Below are positions 28,431 to 41,086 of a DNA stretch of 64,000 bases, in pieces. Made by a program: the position numbers and the translations under genes. The notes beneath the pieces were generated by a model. The model was not told the DNA's origin. It ran no database searches and was given only the letters and a program-made list of their open reading frames with translations. This stretch comes from Nageia nagi (taxonomy: Eukaryota > Plantae > Pinophyta): NCBI GenBank assembly GCA_050084985.1, contig JBITNC010000001.1:207700001-207764000 (forward strand). The letters run 5' to 3'. Within the stretch, counting starts at the first letter, position 1, and the number at the start of each line of letters is the position of its first letter.

Positions 28431-29319
28431 GTACTTCCAATGATTTACATTATTATCTTTCTCAAAAATGTAGATGTAGGCATGATAGTCCAAACAAAAC
28501 TAGAAACAAAGAAAACACCAACGCTGCTAGTAGTGTGCATAATTGTTCCTATGACACCAATAACATGAAAAATGTGAAACCAAAAGTTCCTCTTTTTGTT
28601 CTTTCCTCTACAAAATGTATCTGGGTTGCCAAAACCCCCTAGGTAAGTAAACTTATTGGTTAAAATTTCACATTTATATATGTAGTGTATATTAGTTAGG
28701 TTGTGCATCTATTTGGCCATTGTGAATTATTTCTCCTTTGTTGCACATGTTTATCACTTTTTTTGCTTCATGAAGATTTATACTTGCATTGTTCCTCTAT
28801 TACCTTGTCTTTCTCATTATTGGTCATGCTGCTAGTGGCATAAAGGGTCTATTTCACATCATCAATGATGTACTTTTCCTAAGACAAAGTGTAAAATGAT
28901 AATATTTCCTTCATGATTAATGTCTTAGGAGTCTATTGAGTTGGTAACTTGTTGATTTTGATGATGTCTAACAAGAAAAATAGGTGAATATGTGATATGG
29001 TCTCTATTTCACCTTTGGTACCTGCATTATAGACTGATTTATTTTTCTTAAAAGAAACTGGTATTTTGTAAAATGACTTATGAAATAATTAAATTTAGAG
29101 ATTTGTAATTTTTCAAGATGGTCTTTACGATTTTTTGAAAGTAAGTTTATTAAGTGCATGGTGCCTTTTTAGCAAAATTTTGTTGTCAACTTATAACACT
29201 GAAATTAAAACTTGCAAATTTAAAATACATTCACATTTAAGCATATAAAAAGATATCAAACACATGAATTGAATCAAAAAATGGATCATATATATATATA
29301 TATATCTCACAAAATATAG

Positions 29320-31400
29320 CACAATAAGGGGAGGTCCCATGTCCATGACCTCACTGAGGAGGAGAACTACCACCACTGCTAGTAGTATCCCCTATCCTAG
29401 ACCTAACTTTATGGTTGCTACCACTAGCTTTCATCATCAAGTTATCTCTAGAAATCCCACTCACAGTCACTCTATGACTCTCCAAAAGTGTCTTCACCCT
29501 CGTGCATTTCATCTTGAGGGTGATGATCTCCTTGTCTCTAGCCTTGATCTTATCTATTTGGCCTTGGATGAAGGACCACTACTGATCTAGTGGAGGCATA
29601 GTGAGCCTCTCCTATAATCTCTTCATGGATTGCTCCAAGGTAGCAATTTGTACATCCCTCTTAGATACTATAGCCTATAGTGTGGTAACCTAGGCCTCCA
29701 TGGGCCTAAGTCTAGTGACCTCTACTTCTAATGAAGGAATGTATCTATTTACATCTCCTATAATAAACAAAATTCATGATTAGTTACATGTTCTTTGCAT
29801 GGATAAAAATTAAAAATCATAAATTGCAAAAAATAGAGTCTTTTACCTAGTACTGCTAGGGGCATGGTTGCAATTAGCATAGCCAATCTTTATGCTCTTG
29901 GTACGTCTACCTCCTGCATCAATATATCATGGATGGGATTATTGACCTAGTAGGGATCATCATTTGATGATACCTCACTAGCTACCTCATCATCATCATC
30001 ATCATCATCCATCCTAAGGTCACCATAACAAACTCCTACCTACCATGTTGTGTAACTAAGGGTAACCCCTAGAGCCATAGAGACATTAGTTGCCTCATCT
30101 TATGTCCTTAACTCCTCCCATGAGAGCCTCCATGTTGGAATTATATGCATCCCTATAGGCATATCTCTCTCGACCATGTATCATCGATAGCAACTTGAAA
30201 CTAGAGGGATCCCCTACTAGATCCTAAATTGTTGTAAAACATGATGTGAGTGGTAAGGCTCCACCAACTTCCTTTAGGTCTAGAGGAAGCACTTTTGGCA
30301 AATCCATGCAAGCTAATGTGCATCTGCATCCCAAAAAAATCTTGATAGCATATCTAGATCAGGTCATCATCTTCCAAACCATCAATGTGCTACCTCCTCA
30401 CCTCTAAAGAGTCGGGGTACTTTTACCCTCTAGCTTTGGAAGTCTAACACACCAAATAAATGTCCCCTAAATCCTCTCTCACCCACTATAGTCCCATTGG
30501 TCTCATAACATCAATATGTTTATACACCCATATTTGGAGTAAACTAACATAAGCATTCATAACATTGAACTTGTCAATGCTGATGAAGTTGTACAAATCC
30601 TTGTATAATTATGCTAGAACCAAGGGTACCTAATCAAACTATGTACCCCTCTCGCATATCTTCCAAATGACCAAAAATAATATAAGAGGGAAGGCTAAGC
30701 TACTCTTATCTTAACACAAGTAAGTAGCTATGTTAGTGGCCACATACAACTGCAAGTGTCACCCTACTGGGGCAAATTGGTAAGCCTCTACCAATCTGGT
30801 AGCCTAATGCTCCCAATCATGGTTTACCTCTCTCATGATCCAAAAAGCCTCCTACTCTTGGATGATGTTATCCAAAAGCTCCCTCTATTGCATAAGACTC
30901 CCCCTAATGGTATTCCCCTAAAGCCGATACACATCCAGTAGTGTGGTGGTCATTTCACTTGGGGGTAGGTGAAATGAACAATAATCTGGATCCCACCTCT
31001 CTGCTAATGCTATCAACAGTGGTAGGTCCTGTTGAATATATCTTGTAATGGTTAGATATGCTATCCTACACCTTCTAAGAATATCATCAATGTGGTTGAT
31101 CTTAGGCCAACCCTTGGCCTTCTCCAAGGCGACTGTGGTCATATGTCCTCCCTAAATGAGAACCTTGTGCTCTTGCAAGGGAATAAATAATGATTTAATC
31201 AATTAAATTCTTTGCTAAATTGAAGAATTGAATTAATGAAATTAAATAAGACTAAAATAGTGAATTTATCAAAAATTATAAACAAAAATCACTTATAGCA
31301 TGATCATATGGTAAAGAGCAAAGGTACTCCGCTATGTGCCCCCTTCATCTAGTGATGGAATAGCCAAACATCCTCCATGCATCATTTTCCATCAAGGAAT
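29320..31400 (-). pseudogene. Plant mobile domain (PMD, MAIN/MAIL-like) gene antisense within T2, with introns
   Basis: LLIALAERWDPDYCSFHLPPSEMTTTLLDVYRL*GIP (30900-31040); LVLA*LYKDL near 30595-30625; LLQIWVYKHIDVMRP near 30500-30545; VEPYHSHHVLQQFRI**GIP near 30205-30265. Acidic GAT tract near 29987-30010. GT-AG intron at 29846-29758 and a probable second intron near 31176-31296. Confidence 0.88.
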
Positions 31401-33330
31401 AGAGAAACAACAAAGGAAAAAGGTGACATGTGAGTGCAAGTAATGTCCAACCACCTTAAGAAAAGTTAACACACCTACAACTAATCGCAGGGAGCTAGAT
31501 GGAAGGTAAGCAAGTCCATGCCACATTAGTAGGCCTTTGCTAGGTCAATAGGGGTGCTAGAGCACTCAGACAAGTGGATGTAAAAAGTCAAAATGAGATT
31601 TTAAATTCTAAATTTCTTTATATAATTTCCAATTTGTAAGTGACACCCTAGGGCATCGTTCTTTCCTCTTGTAGGTGCCTAAAACCATTATTTTGTACGT
31701 TCATCATGCATTAAATTATTTAAAATGCTTGTAATTTATTTTTCAAAAAAAATTGATGTTTTTACGTTGCTAGTAGCATATATTTCTTTGAATTAAATAT
31801 GCAGTTAAGGCAAAATGGTTTAAAATAATGCACATAGGCCTTTTCATTTCCTACCACTTGTCCATCATTGAAATTGTGACATTTACATTATTTAAAATTA
31901 TTCATATTAAATGTATTCCACCAATGGTGTGAAATAGACTAAATTAGAAAAAATTCTAAATGCGCTATTTCAATTATCATCATAATACATTTTATCAAAT
32001 GCTCATTGCCCTCATATGGTTGCTATATATGATTAATTTTTATTGATAAAGTTTAATTATATTTATATTATACATGAATTTTTCATCTTTGAATTTACTT
32101 ATTACTTATGCTTTGTTGTTGATTGAAAATGCATATTTAATTATCAATTGAATGCACCTTTCATTTTGAAAAATGTTATATCTTTTTCAATGCTGCCAAT
32201 AGTGTGAATATTGTAAAAGTGCATGTGCTTTCAAACAATTGCAATGCTTACATATTGTTTATGATTCAAAGACATGACTATTGGAATATTATATAGATTG
32301 CAACGATGAATGGCTAATGTTGATAAATATTGCTATTTTATGATTTCTCTAAAAATATTATGATAAATGGGAATATTATTTTCTTTATAAATTGAAGAAA
32401 TATGATATAAATGATTGTCAATTGAATATTTTTCAAATTTTTGCATTTGATATGAAAAATCTCACACCGTCAGCAGTGTGTAATTGCTATAAATACTTTG
32501 CAATTGGGGTATGTTGTAATTTTGTTGAATATTTATCCATTTATATGATTTTTATGTACATATGAGTTACTTTACGAATGAGGATCAAAATTGTTGGAAA
32601 CATGATCGTAAAACTTTAGGTATACCACACTGCCAATGGTGTGGATCCACATTGAAAATTCATGCAAATTGAAATATTGCAATAAAAGGCCAATAAAAAT
32701 TTGAATATGTTGGTTCATTTATATACTGATAATTATTTCATAGCCATGGTCTTCCCATGAGCAAATATTGTATTGTTACAAGGCATCACCATTGTGAGTC
32801 ATTGAATGGGCATTTATAGACTATGAGTTGTTTGTCATAGTAGTCTATAAATCATAGATATTGCAAGCCTGAGGCGTTATAGAGAACCCATGCACTTGCT
32901 CTTCATAGACTATAAGTTGTTTTATCATAGTAGTCTATGTATCTTAGTTTACATCATTATGAGTTGTATCGGCCATAGTGATACATTGCATATTATATTT
33001 ATTTCATCCTTGTTATTTCCATTGCTTATTCTTTTATGGATATGATCTATGCGAGTATATGTTGCTTTGTTCTATATGTATTTCCTAGTTGGGTAGGATT
33101 GGCATCAACTGCTCACCTCATAAAGGCACTCTTATTTTTGGCTTGCCTACCCAACACAGCATAAGCTAGAGGTAATCAAGACCAAAAGGGGGCAAATAAC
33201 ATACCATACTTAACATATCGATCAAAACAAAGAATTCCATTTCACCATTGAAAATCTTTTTCTCTTCTCTATACTTCTTTGGATTATGCAATTTCAATAT
33301 TTTTCATTACATATCCAAAGAGGGGAAAAA

Positions 33331-34051
33331 TGTATATGCCTAAATATGATTTATTATTTATTTAATAAATCATATTTAGTGCATTGAATGATTAAAAGGC
33401 AATAATTTATAAATCAAGATAAAATGTTATTATATTGCAACACCATGTGCTTGGACCAATGTAATATCATATACCATGGTTTATATTTTAAATTTATCTT
33501 GAATATTGAAATTATTATTGTTATTTCTATGTATCAACTTTCACTCCTTTCTATTTTCTTGCAAGTTATAAATACAGGAGGTGAAGGTTGACATCCTTAT
33601 CGAATCTCTTTGATAGGTGGTTGTCTCAAATATCAAACTTATGATGTCTCTTGATGCCACCTATCTTGAGAATTTGTTATACTCTAAGCTCTTTTATCTC
33701 TCTCTTACATGCAACATAAAATTGTTCTTCCTATACCATTAGCGATGTGTCATTTCTACATAGCCAATAGTGTGCACCTTCTAAATCAAGAGGTTTAGAT
33801 TTTGGGGAACAACTCATGCATCCATCATAGCAAACATTTGTTGAGAGCTCATATTAAATTCGATAATAATCCTCTGGAGATTCATTACTATTTGCTTTTG
33901 AGGATTGTATATAAACTGGATACAAGCCTCACTCTATATTAGGTTTATATATTTCATGTAATCTAGTATAGAATTGTTATTCATTATATTAGTAGATCAA
34001 AATTTATTTATTTGTATATTTATGTAGTATTTACATATTTTTGGGTCTACA
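33331..34051 (+). repeat. T2 3' LTR (721 bp)
   Basis: Preceded by PPT AAAGAGGGGAAAAA (33317-33330); ends GGGTCTACA. Confidence 0.92.
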
Positions 34052-36607
34052 TTAGCATATGTGCATTGACTTTTGAGCTCTCAACAGAATCACGATAAAA
34101 GATAAGTTCCCTATTCCTATCATTGATGAATTACATGGTGCAAAATTCTTCTCTAAACTAGATTTACAGTTGGGCTATCATAAATTTTAGCTCCATGAAG
34201 AGGATATTCTAAAAATAGCCTTTTGCACACATGAAGGTCATTATGGATTTTTGGTGATGTCATTCAACCTTACCAATGCTCCTTCAACCTTTCAGAGTTT
34301 GATGAACCAGTTATTTCAACCCTACCTTCAAAAATTTATTTTGGTTTTCTTTGATGATATTTTGATCTATAGTAAAACCTGGGAGGACCATCTAGCTCAC
34401 CTAGATCAAACTCTACAAACCCTCCAAGATAATCAATTGTATGATAAGCATTCGAAATGTTCTTTTGGATAGAAAGAGGTTAAATATCTTGGACATACCA
34501 TTTTAGAGGAAGTTGTCAAAGCTTATCCCCATAAAATTGTAGATATGCAAAGTTGATCATTACCTAAATCCCTCAAGGGGTTATGTGGCTTTTTTGGATT
34601 GATACCTAATACTACTACAAGTTCATGAAGGATTATGGAAAGATTATTGCCCCGCTCATAACCTTACTCAAGAAAGACTCTTTTAAGTGGTCCCCCATTG
34701 TAGAGGAATCATTCTATAAATTAAAAGAGGCCATGTGAACCATCTTAGTTTTGGCCTTGGCTATTTTTTCTAAAACATTCATCATTGAGAGTGATGCTTT
34801 GATATTAGGGATTGGTGCAATCCTAATGTAAGAAGGTAGATCCTTAGCAAGGTACTATCGAGGTGTAATTTTGCCAAATCAACATATGAAAAAGAAATGA
34901 TGGCCATTATTCATGTTGTTCAAAGGTGGTGACCATATCTCATAGGTAGACATTTCATCATCTGCACGTATCATTCTAGCATGAAGTATTTTATGGAACT
35001 GAGAATTTTGATCCTATAGCAATAAAAATGGATGACCAAATTATTGGGATATGAATATGAGATAATGTATTGAAAGGGGTAATAAAATATGATGGTTGAT
35101 GCTCTTTCATGAAAATTTTAAAAATTGAAAACTCTCTAAGCAATATCCTATCTGATTCCTAGTTGGATAGAGTAGGTTACAAAAAGAGTGGGCCTAAGAC
35201 AACTTTACTCAATCATTAATCAATCAAATTCAGATTGATCTTGATACCAATCCAAATTTCTCTTGGTAGGATGGGATCCTATGCTTCAAGACCTGCATTG
35301 TTCTACCTCCAACACCTACACATTGGGAAATGATACTTGAAGAGCTACACTCTAAACCATCAATGGGACATTCAAGGTTTCTCAAGACTTGCAAAAGAGT
35401 GGCTCAGTATTTTTACTAGACAAGTATGGAATAAGATATTAAGAGATTTGTTACTGAATATGATATTTCTTAATGCTAGATGGAGGAGATAGTTTGCACT
35501 CCAAGATTGCTCCAACCCATACCCATTCCTACTCATACTTGGATTGATATTTTGATGGATTTCATCAAGGACCTTATAAGGTCTCATGGTAAATCTGTTA
35601 TCATGGTGGTGGTAGATAGGTTATCCAAATATACACATTTATATTCCCTTGCTTATCTATTCAAAGCTATTAATGTGGCCTAAATTTTCATTGATAATAT
35701 TTTCAAACTCCATGGTATGCCATCTACCATGTTTAGCAATTGAGATCCAACCTTCACCAGTAACTTTTGGAAGGATTATTTTAAGCTACCCAACTCAATA
35801 TGAGTTCTACATATCATCCTTAGATTGATGGTTAGACAGGAATTGTTAATAAGTGCCTAGAGATTTATTTGTGTTATTTCACATCTGCATAGCCAATTCA
35901 TTTGGTTAGGTGGCTTACCTTGGCATAATGGTGGTATAACACTTCATATCATATGGCTATCAAAATGACCCCAAATGAAGTAGTGTAAATGCAAGTACCA
36001 CCCATTGTATACTCTTATGTTCCAAGTAGCATAAATGTTCAAGTGGTTGATACAAAATTAACCAATTGGGAGGATATCCTTCATCTTCTATAGGAAAATT
36101 TATAAACTACTCAACATCGAATGAAATAATAGGATGATCAATAAAAAGTTAAGAGGGAATTACAAGGAGATATGGTATTTCTGTAGCTTCAACCATATCA
36201 TCAAAAATCTCTTAAAAACAAATGAACTCAAAAATTAGCTCTAAAATTCTATGGGACTTATAAAATTTTCCAATGCATTAGACCAGCTACATATAAGTTG
36301 GAGTTATCAACCTCCTTTAAGGTTCACCCAATCTTTCATGTCTCATATCTTAAGAACGTGTTGGTCTTAAATGTTCAAGCTCAGACAAACTTGCCAAAAT
36401 TCATAAATGAGGGGGCCATCAATCTAGAACCTAAAGAAGTTCTATAACAATGTATTCACCACCTTCCTAATCAAACCATCACTGAAGTCCTTATCTAGTG
36501 GTACAACTTAGCAACTGAAGATACAACTTGCGAGATAGCACATCAACTTCAGCAAGAGTTTCCAAATTTTTAGCTTTGAGGATAAAGCTCTTTTCTAAGT
36601 GGGGTGA
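34052..36607 (+). pseudogene. Chromovirus (Reina-like) Gypsy C: rest of RT, RNase H, integrase, chromodomain
   Basis: Resumes at (W)[20 protein letters not shown]; FNLTNAPSTFQ...VFFDDILIYS; integrase IMVVVDRLSKY; chromodomain LEPKEVL...EVLI*WYNL..EDTT near 36424-36570. Purine tract at ~36597-36607, then an LTR start TGTTAGG at 36608. Confidence 0.9.
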
Positions 36608-36879
36608 TGTTAGGATCCCATATCCTAAAATTTAATTAGGTTTAATTATGATTAGTAGTTATTTTAGTTAAGTTCATTTTCCATCTCAAATATTATAATA
36701 AAAACTAATATAAACATTAGGCTATCTTGAGGAACTAACTAAAGCTATTAAGGATGGTGATTCTTATTAGATGATTCCCTTTGAAATGATATATTACATT
36801 GACATGATTATATATCCTCATTATATTCAACACCAAAAACACAATAAATATATATGTGTAAACATTGACATACAAATAA

Positions 36880-39640
36880 TAACATGATAAATATAAAAAT
36901 AAAACTATTACTATTCATGACTTATCATCTCAAACTTGTGTACAACCACATTCTTTCAATTCAAAAATGTGATAGAAACATTGAGACCAACAACAAGGGT
37001 TGCTCATGATCCTCCCTTATTACTTTTATATTATGGAGATATCCAACTCTTTTTCATTCTTAATGATAGACCATGATCAGCTATAAATTCAATATCAATA
37101 TTAGTTTGAATATATTTTTCATGCATTTTTACAGTCATAGATATAAATGTTCTAGTTATTTCTATAGTTTGAGATGGATTTCTAGTTAAAAATAAAATGG
37201 AATCATTGAGTTTATGTTTGCAAGCAAGAGAAATGACAACATGGTTATTTCTTATTGGAGAGTTTTAATCAAGACCAATTACCTCATAGACATGCTCAAC
37301 AAGAGATAACTCATGAAAATTAAAATCCATTACCTTGGAGACATGTTCAACATGAGGTAACTCATTCAAATCAAATCCATATTCAGTAGTAGGTAACTCA
37401 TTTATGGGTCATCTAGATTCAAGAAGTTTCCAAATATTCAATGCATGTTTACAAATATTACCTCATAAGTCCCATGTACAATCACATGAATAAAAATGCG
37501 CTCCACATTTGGTAGTAAGGTATTTTATTGACATATTTGATTATATTTATACCTAATATGTATTAGAAATAATGTCATGGTAAGATTAGTCAGAATCAAG
37601 AATTCAATAAGATTTCTTTAGTGAACTTTTAAGATTATTATCTTTCTTGTAGCTTTTTCAAAAACCAATAGACTTACCATATCTTTGTGTCTATAGTATG
37701 GCTCTACATGCTTCAAAAGTGTGTAAATTAACCAATACAACCTCCTTTCACTTTTTTTAATCTTATCTCCAATAAATATAAGCTTTAAGAATCCATGGTA
37801 AGACTCAACAACTGCATTAATTCCTTGGTTTACATGTGAAAAATCTAGAAAGTCTTTGACCCACATGGATGTAGACAACATAAGTATGATTAGCATTCAA
37901 ATAGTAAACTTATAGTACATTATTATAATATATAACATGAATAAATATAAAGTGAAGTAATCTATGAAGAAACTATAAAACAGAATAATTATTCCTCATA
38001 AATACTTACTACCCAACAACGATGGAAGTATTTTATGAAATTCCTCTCCTCTTTGAAAATTATTTGTAGAAATCATAAATAAGTGTCAATATTAATTTTA
38101 TTTTGCATGTGGCATACATAATTGCTTCTAACTTGGAGAACATCTTCCTACCCACATCTTTGGAATAAGCATACTTTCAAACACTTTTCAACCATGCTCT
38201 ACATGCATGCCACAAAAATAGTATATGCTTGTAATTAAACACCCTCATATTGCATTCATTAAAAAATTAAGATTGAAAACTATGAAATGAAATTTGCTTA
38301 AAATAAAATTATAAATAGAATGGTAACTGAACTTCACAACTCATACCTTATAGCCTTTATTTAAGATAGTGCACCATCTATCATGAAGGCATTTACATTC
38401 TAATAGAGTTGAAATTGGTTGCCTCTATCATGTAACATTTGTATTCATTCTTGCATATCCTCTATTTGATTTTGTTAAGAAATCACTCGTACAAATGAAA
38501 CACCTCTCCCTTGACTATAAAAAATAAGCAATGTGTGATCTTAGTATTGTAATTGAAAAAAGAAGAAGAAAGAGATGCATGAATGTATCGAATTGCATAT
38601 ACAAAATAAAATAAGGCAAAAAACTTACCGCATGTCTATTAGTATTAAACATTGAGTCTATTGCAATCACACTATTGTGTGAATATTTACCATCTTCTCT
38701 AACATCTAAGAAGTTTAAATCCCCAAAGTAAAATGCTTAAGCCTCTCTATTGGTTGATGATAAAAAAAATTCTCCTCTTGAAACTAAAAATTAACACTTT
38801 GTGAATCATTGGGATGTTTTTGCACCTTCATGTTTTTAAGCTTACTGTTGATATTGAGCACATCTCTCCTCTTGACACAATTATCTCAAAGTATCGACAA
38901 GTCACCTAACATATATTTCAATAATTTTCCATCATAAATTTGGTTGATAGACACACCTATACTTAATAATGCCTCAATCATTGACACTATCTCAACTAAT
39001 AAATAATATGCAAACACTAACCTCCCATCATTTGATGGGTCATTGAGACCATGGCAAGGAAGTTTATTTTAATCCATATAATTAAGATTGGTATATGTTA
39101 TTAAGGCAACATCAAGTAAAAATGACATTGACTTCCTCTAGAAAGGATAAAATTCTTCTTCCTTTTTGGTGGAGGGGCATTCCTCTTATCTTTGGGACCA
39201 TATGAGCACCAATAATAGAATAGTTAATATATGTATAACAATTTATACGATGAAAAAGTAAACTTTACATTTAAAAACTAAACTTACATTTCTCTTGTTC
39301 ATAATGCAAATGCCTTTGGTGGATTGTCAACATTAGTTTTCTCATAGATTTTGTTAATAACTTTTTCTGCATGAAAATGCATGATGCATCTACATTATTT
39401 TTGTCCACCTTTTTTGAAGTACTCTAGTCTACAAAGAGGTATATTTGTAATCAAATCTATCTTATTGATTCTTGGACAATGAACTTTAGTCCAAGATAGG
39501 TCATTGTAAGAAAAAACCTCTTTCTCATGCATTTCTTAGACATACAATTTGAAGTTCTTGGCCCACTTCTTACCCTTCACCAATCTAGCACTTCCATAGA
39601 ATGAGTCCTCTCAAATAATTTGAGAGATTTGAATTTACTC
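36880..39640 (-). pseudogene. Mutator-like (MULE) transposase with SWIM zinc finger, intron-containing, decayed
   Basis: YWCSYGP near 39200; LPCHG near 39055; IAIDSMFNTN near 38640-38670; AFMIDG near 38380; WHACRAWLK near 38185-38212; NAVVESYHGFLK (ORF 37618-37896); SWIM motif SCDCTW..GNICKH near 37440-37490. GTAAGT donors near 39286, 38628 and 38009. Confidence 0.85.
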
Positions 39641-39696
39641 TATATATGATTCAAGAATTAATACATAAATTAATTAATGAATAAATATATTATAAT

Positions 39697-41086
39697 TAAA
39701 CTTTTTGATCTAATGAAGTACTTGGGACCCAATTGTAACAACATAACCTTTGTATGTGTTATACTTGCATGTAGAATATATGTATGCAAAATTTGAAATA
39801 TACATATGAGGCCCAAGAATTATTTGACAAGATGCATGATGAAAAAATAATTTCATAGACTAAATTGATTGTAATATATGCACTTAAACTCTTTGATCTA
39901 ATGAAGCACTTCGGACCTAATTGTATTAATATAACCTTTGCATGTGTTCTACTTGCATGCATAAAATAAGTATGGAAAAGGACACATGAGGCCCAATAAT
40001 TGTTTAACAAGATGCATGGTGAAAAAAGAATTCTTTGTACGAAAATGATTCTAGGATATATGCACTTAAACTCTTTGATCTAATGAAACACTTGGGATCC
40101 AATTGTAACAATATATCCTTTGTATGTGTTCTACTTGGATGCAAAAAATAACTATACAAAATATGGAAGAACACATAAGGCCCAATAAATGTTTGACAAG
40201 ATGCATGATGCAAATAAAATTAATTTCACTAAAATGATTAGGAGATGTATATAATGAAGCACTTGGGACCCAACTAAAATTATTAGGAGATGTATCTACT
40301 TGCATGCAGAAAATAAGTATGCAAAATATAGGAGAAGACATGAGGCCTATGCATTATTTGATAAGATGCATGATGTAACATGGTGAAATTTTTGGATTTG
40401 TCTGAGGCAATGAAGAAACACATTTTATTACATCCTTCGTGTCTTTCCTTCCCATCATCTCTTGCTTGTTCATCTCCTTCATACTTATGCATTTGTAACC
40501 TGATGTTTTCCTTCCCATGGCTCGAGCATATCTATAAATTTCATGGACTGTAATGTTCTTGAATAATGCCCTTAAATTATTTGATCTAATGAAGCACTTG
40601 GGATCCAACTGTAACAACATAACCTTTGTATGTATTCTACTTGCATGTAGAAAATAAATAACCAAATTATGGAAGAAGACATGAGTCCCAAGCATTATTT
40701 GACAAGATGCATGATCCAACATGGATGATGCATTTCAATACTATTAAATATTGAAAGTAATTATGATTTTGAAATCATTGAGAAAACTAATCTTGTGGAA
40801 TGTACACAATGTCAACTTCTTATGCATAAATGAATTACACATAAATAAGTGGCATTATGCACTTCCATAGAATGAGTCCTCATAAATAATTTGAAGATTT
40901 GAATTCAATATATATATGATTCAAAAATTAATACATGAATGAATTAATGCATAAATGAATTATACTTAAACTATTTTATCTAATGAAGTATTTGGGACCC
41001 ATTTGTAACAACATAACCTTTGTATGTGTTCTCCTTGCATGCAAAATATGGAAGAGGACGTGAGGGCCAAGAATAGTTTGACAAGA
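39697..41086 (+). repeat. ~185-bp tandem array built from PPR fragments (6 copies here, a 7th at ~43050)
   Basis: Anchor TTGATCTAATGAAGCACTTGGGACCCAA at ~39705, 39893, 40075, 40250 (partial), 40581 and 40975. Units encode TFVCVLLAC and AKYG...EAQELFDKMHD on the + strand. Confidence 0.85.

Larger units (their letters stand above)
25527..34051 (+). mobile_element. T2: pol-less LTR retroelement (gag plus antisense PMD gene), related to the Tat-lineage T1, inserted in Gypsy C RT
   Basis: LTRs at 25527-26258 and 33331-34051 with TGTA...TACA ends. Degenerate TSD CTAGT/TTAGC. PBS at 26262, PPT at 33317. No RT, RNase H or integrase motif found internally. Confidence 0.88.

Noticed and set aside
36655-36685. 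Partner TIR for the 45531 terminus
   Set aside because: Only a 10-bp match (GTTAAGTTCA), no GGG end or TSD, and it falls in the Gypsy C LTR start.
39697-41086. CRISPR-like repeat/spacer array
   Set aside because: Units are ~185 bp, degenerate and PPR-derived. There are no cas genes and the context is eukaryotic.
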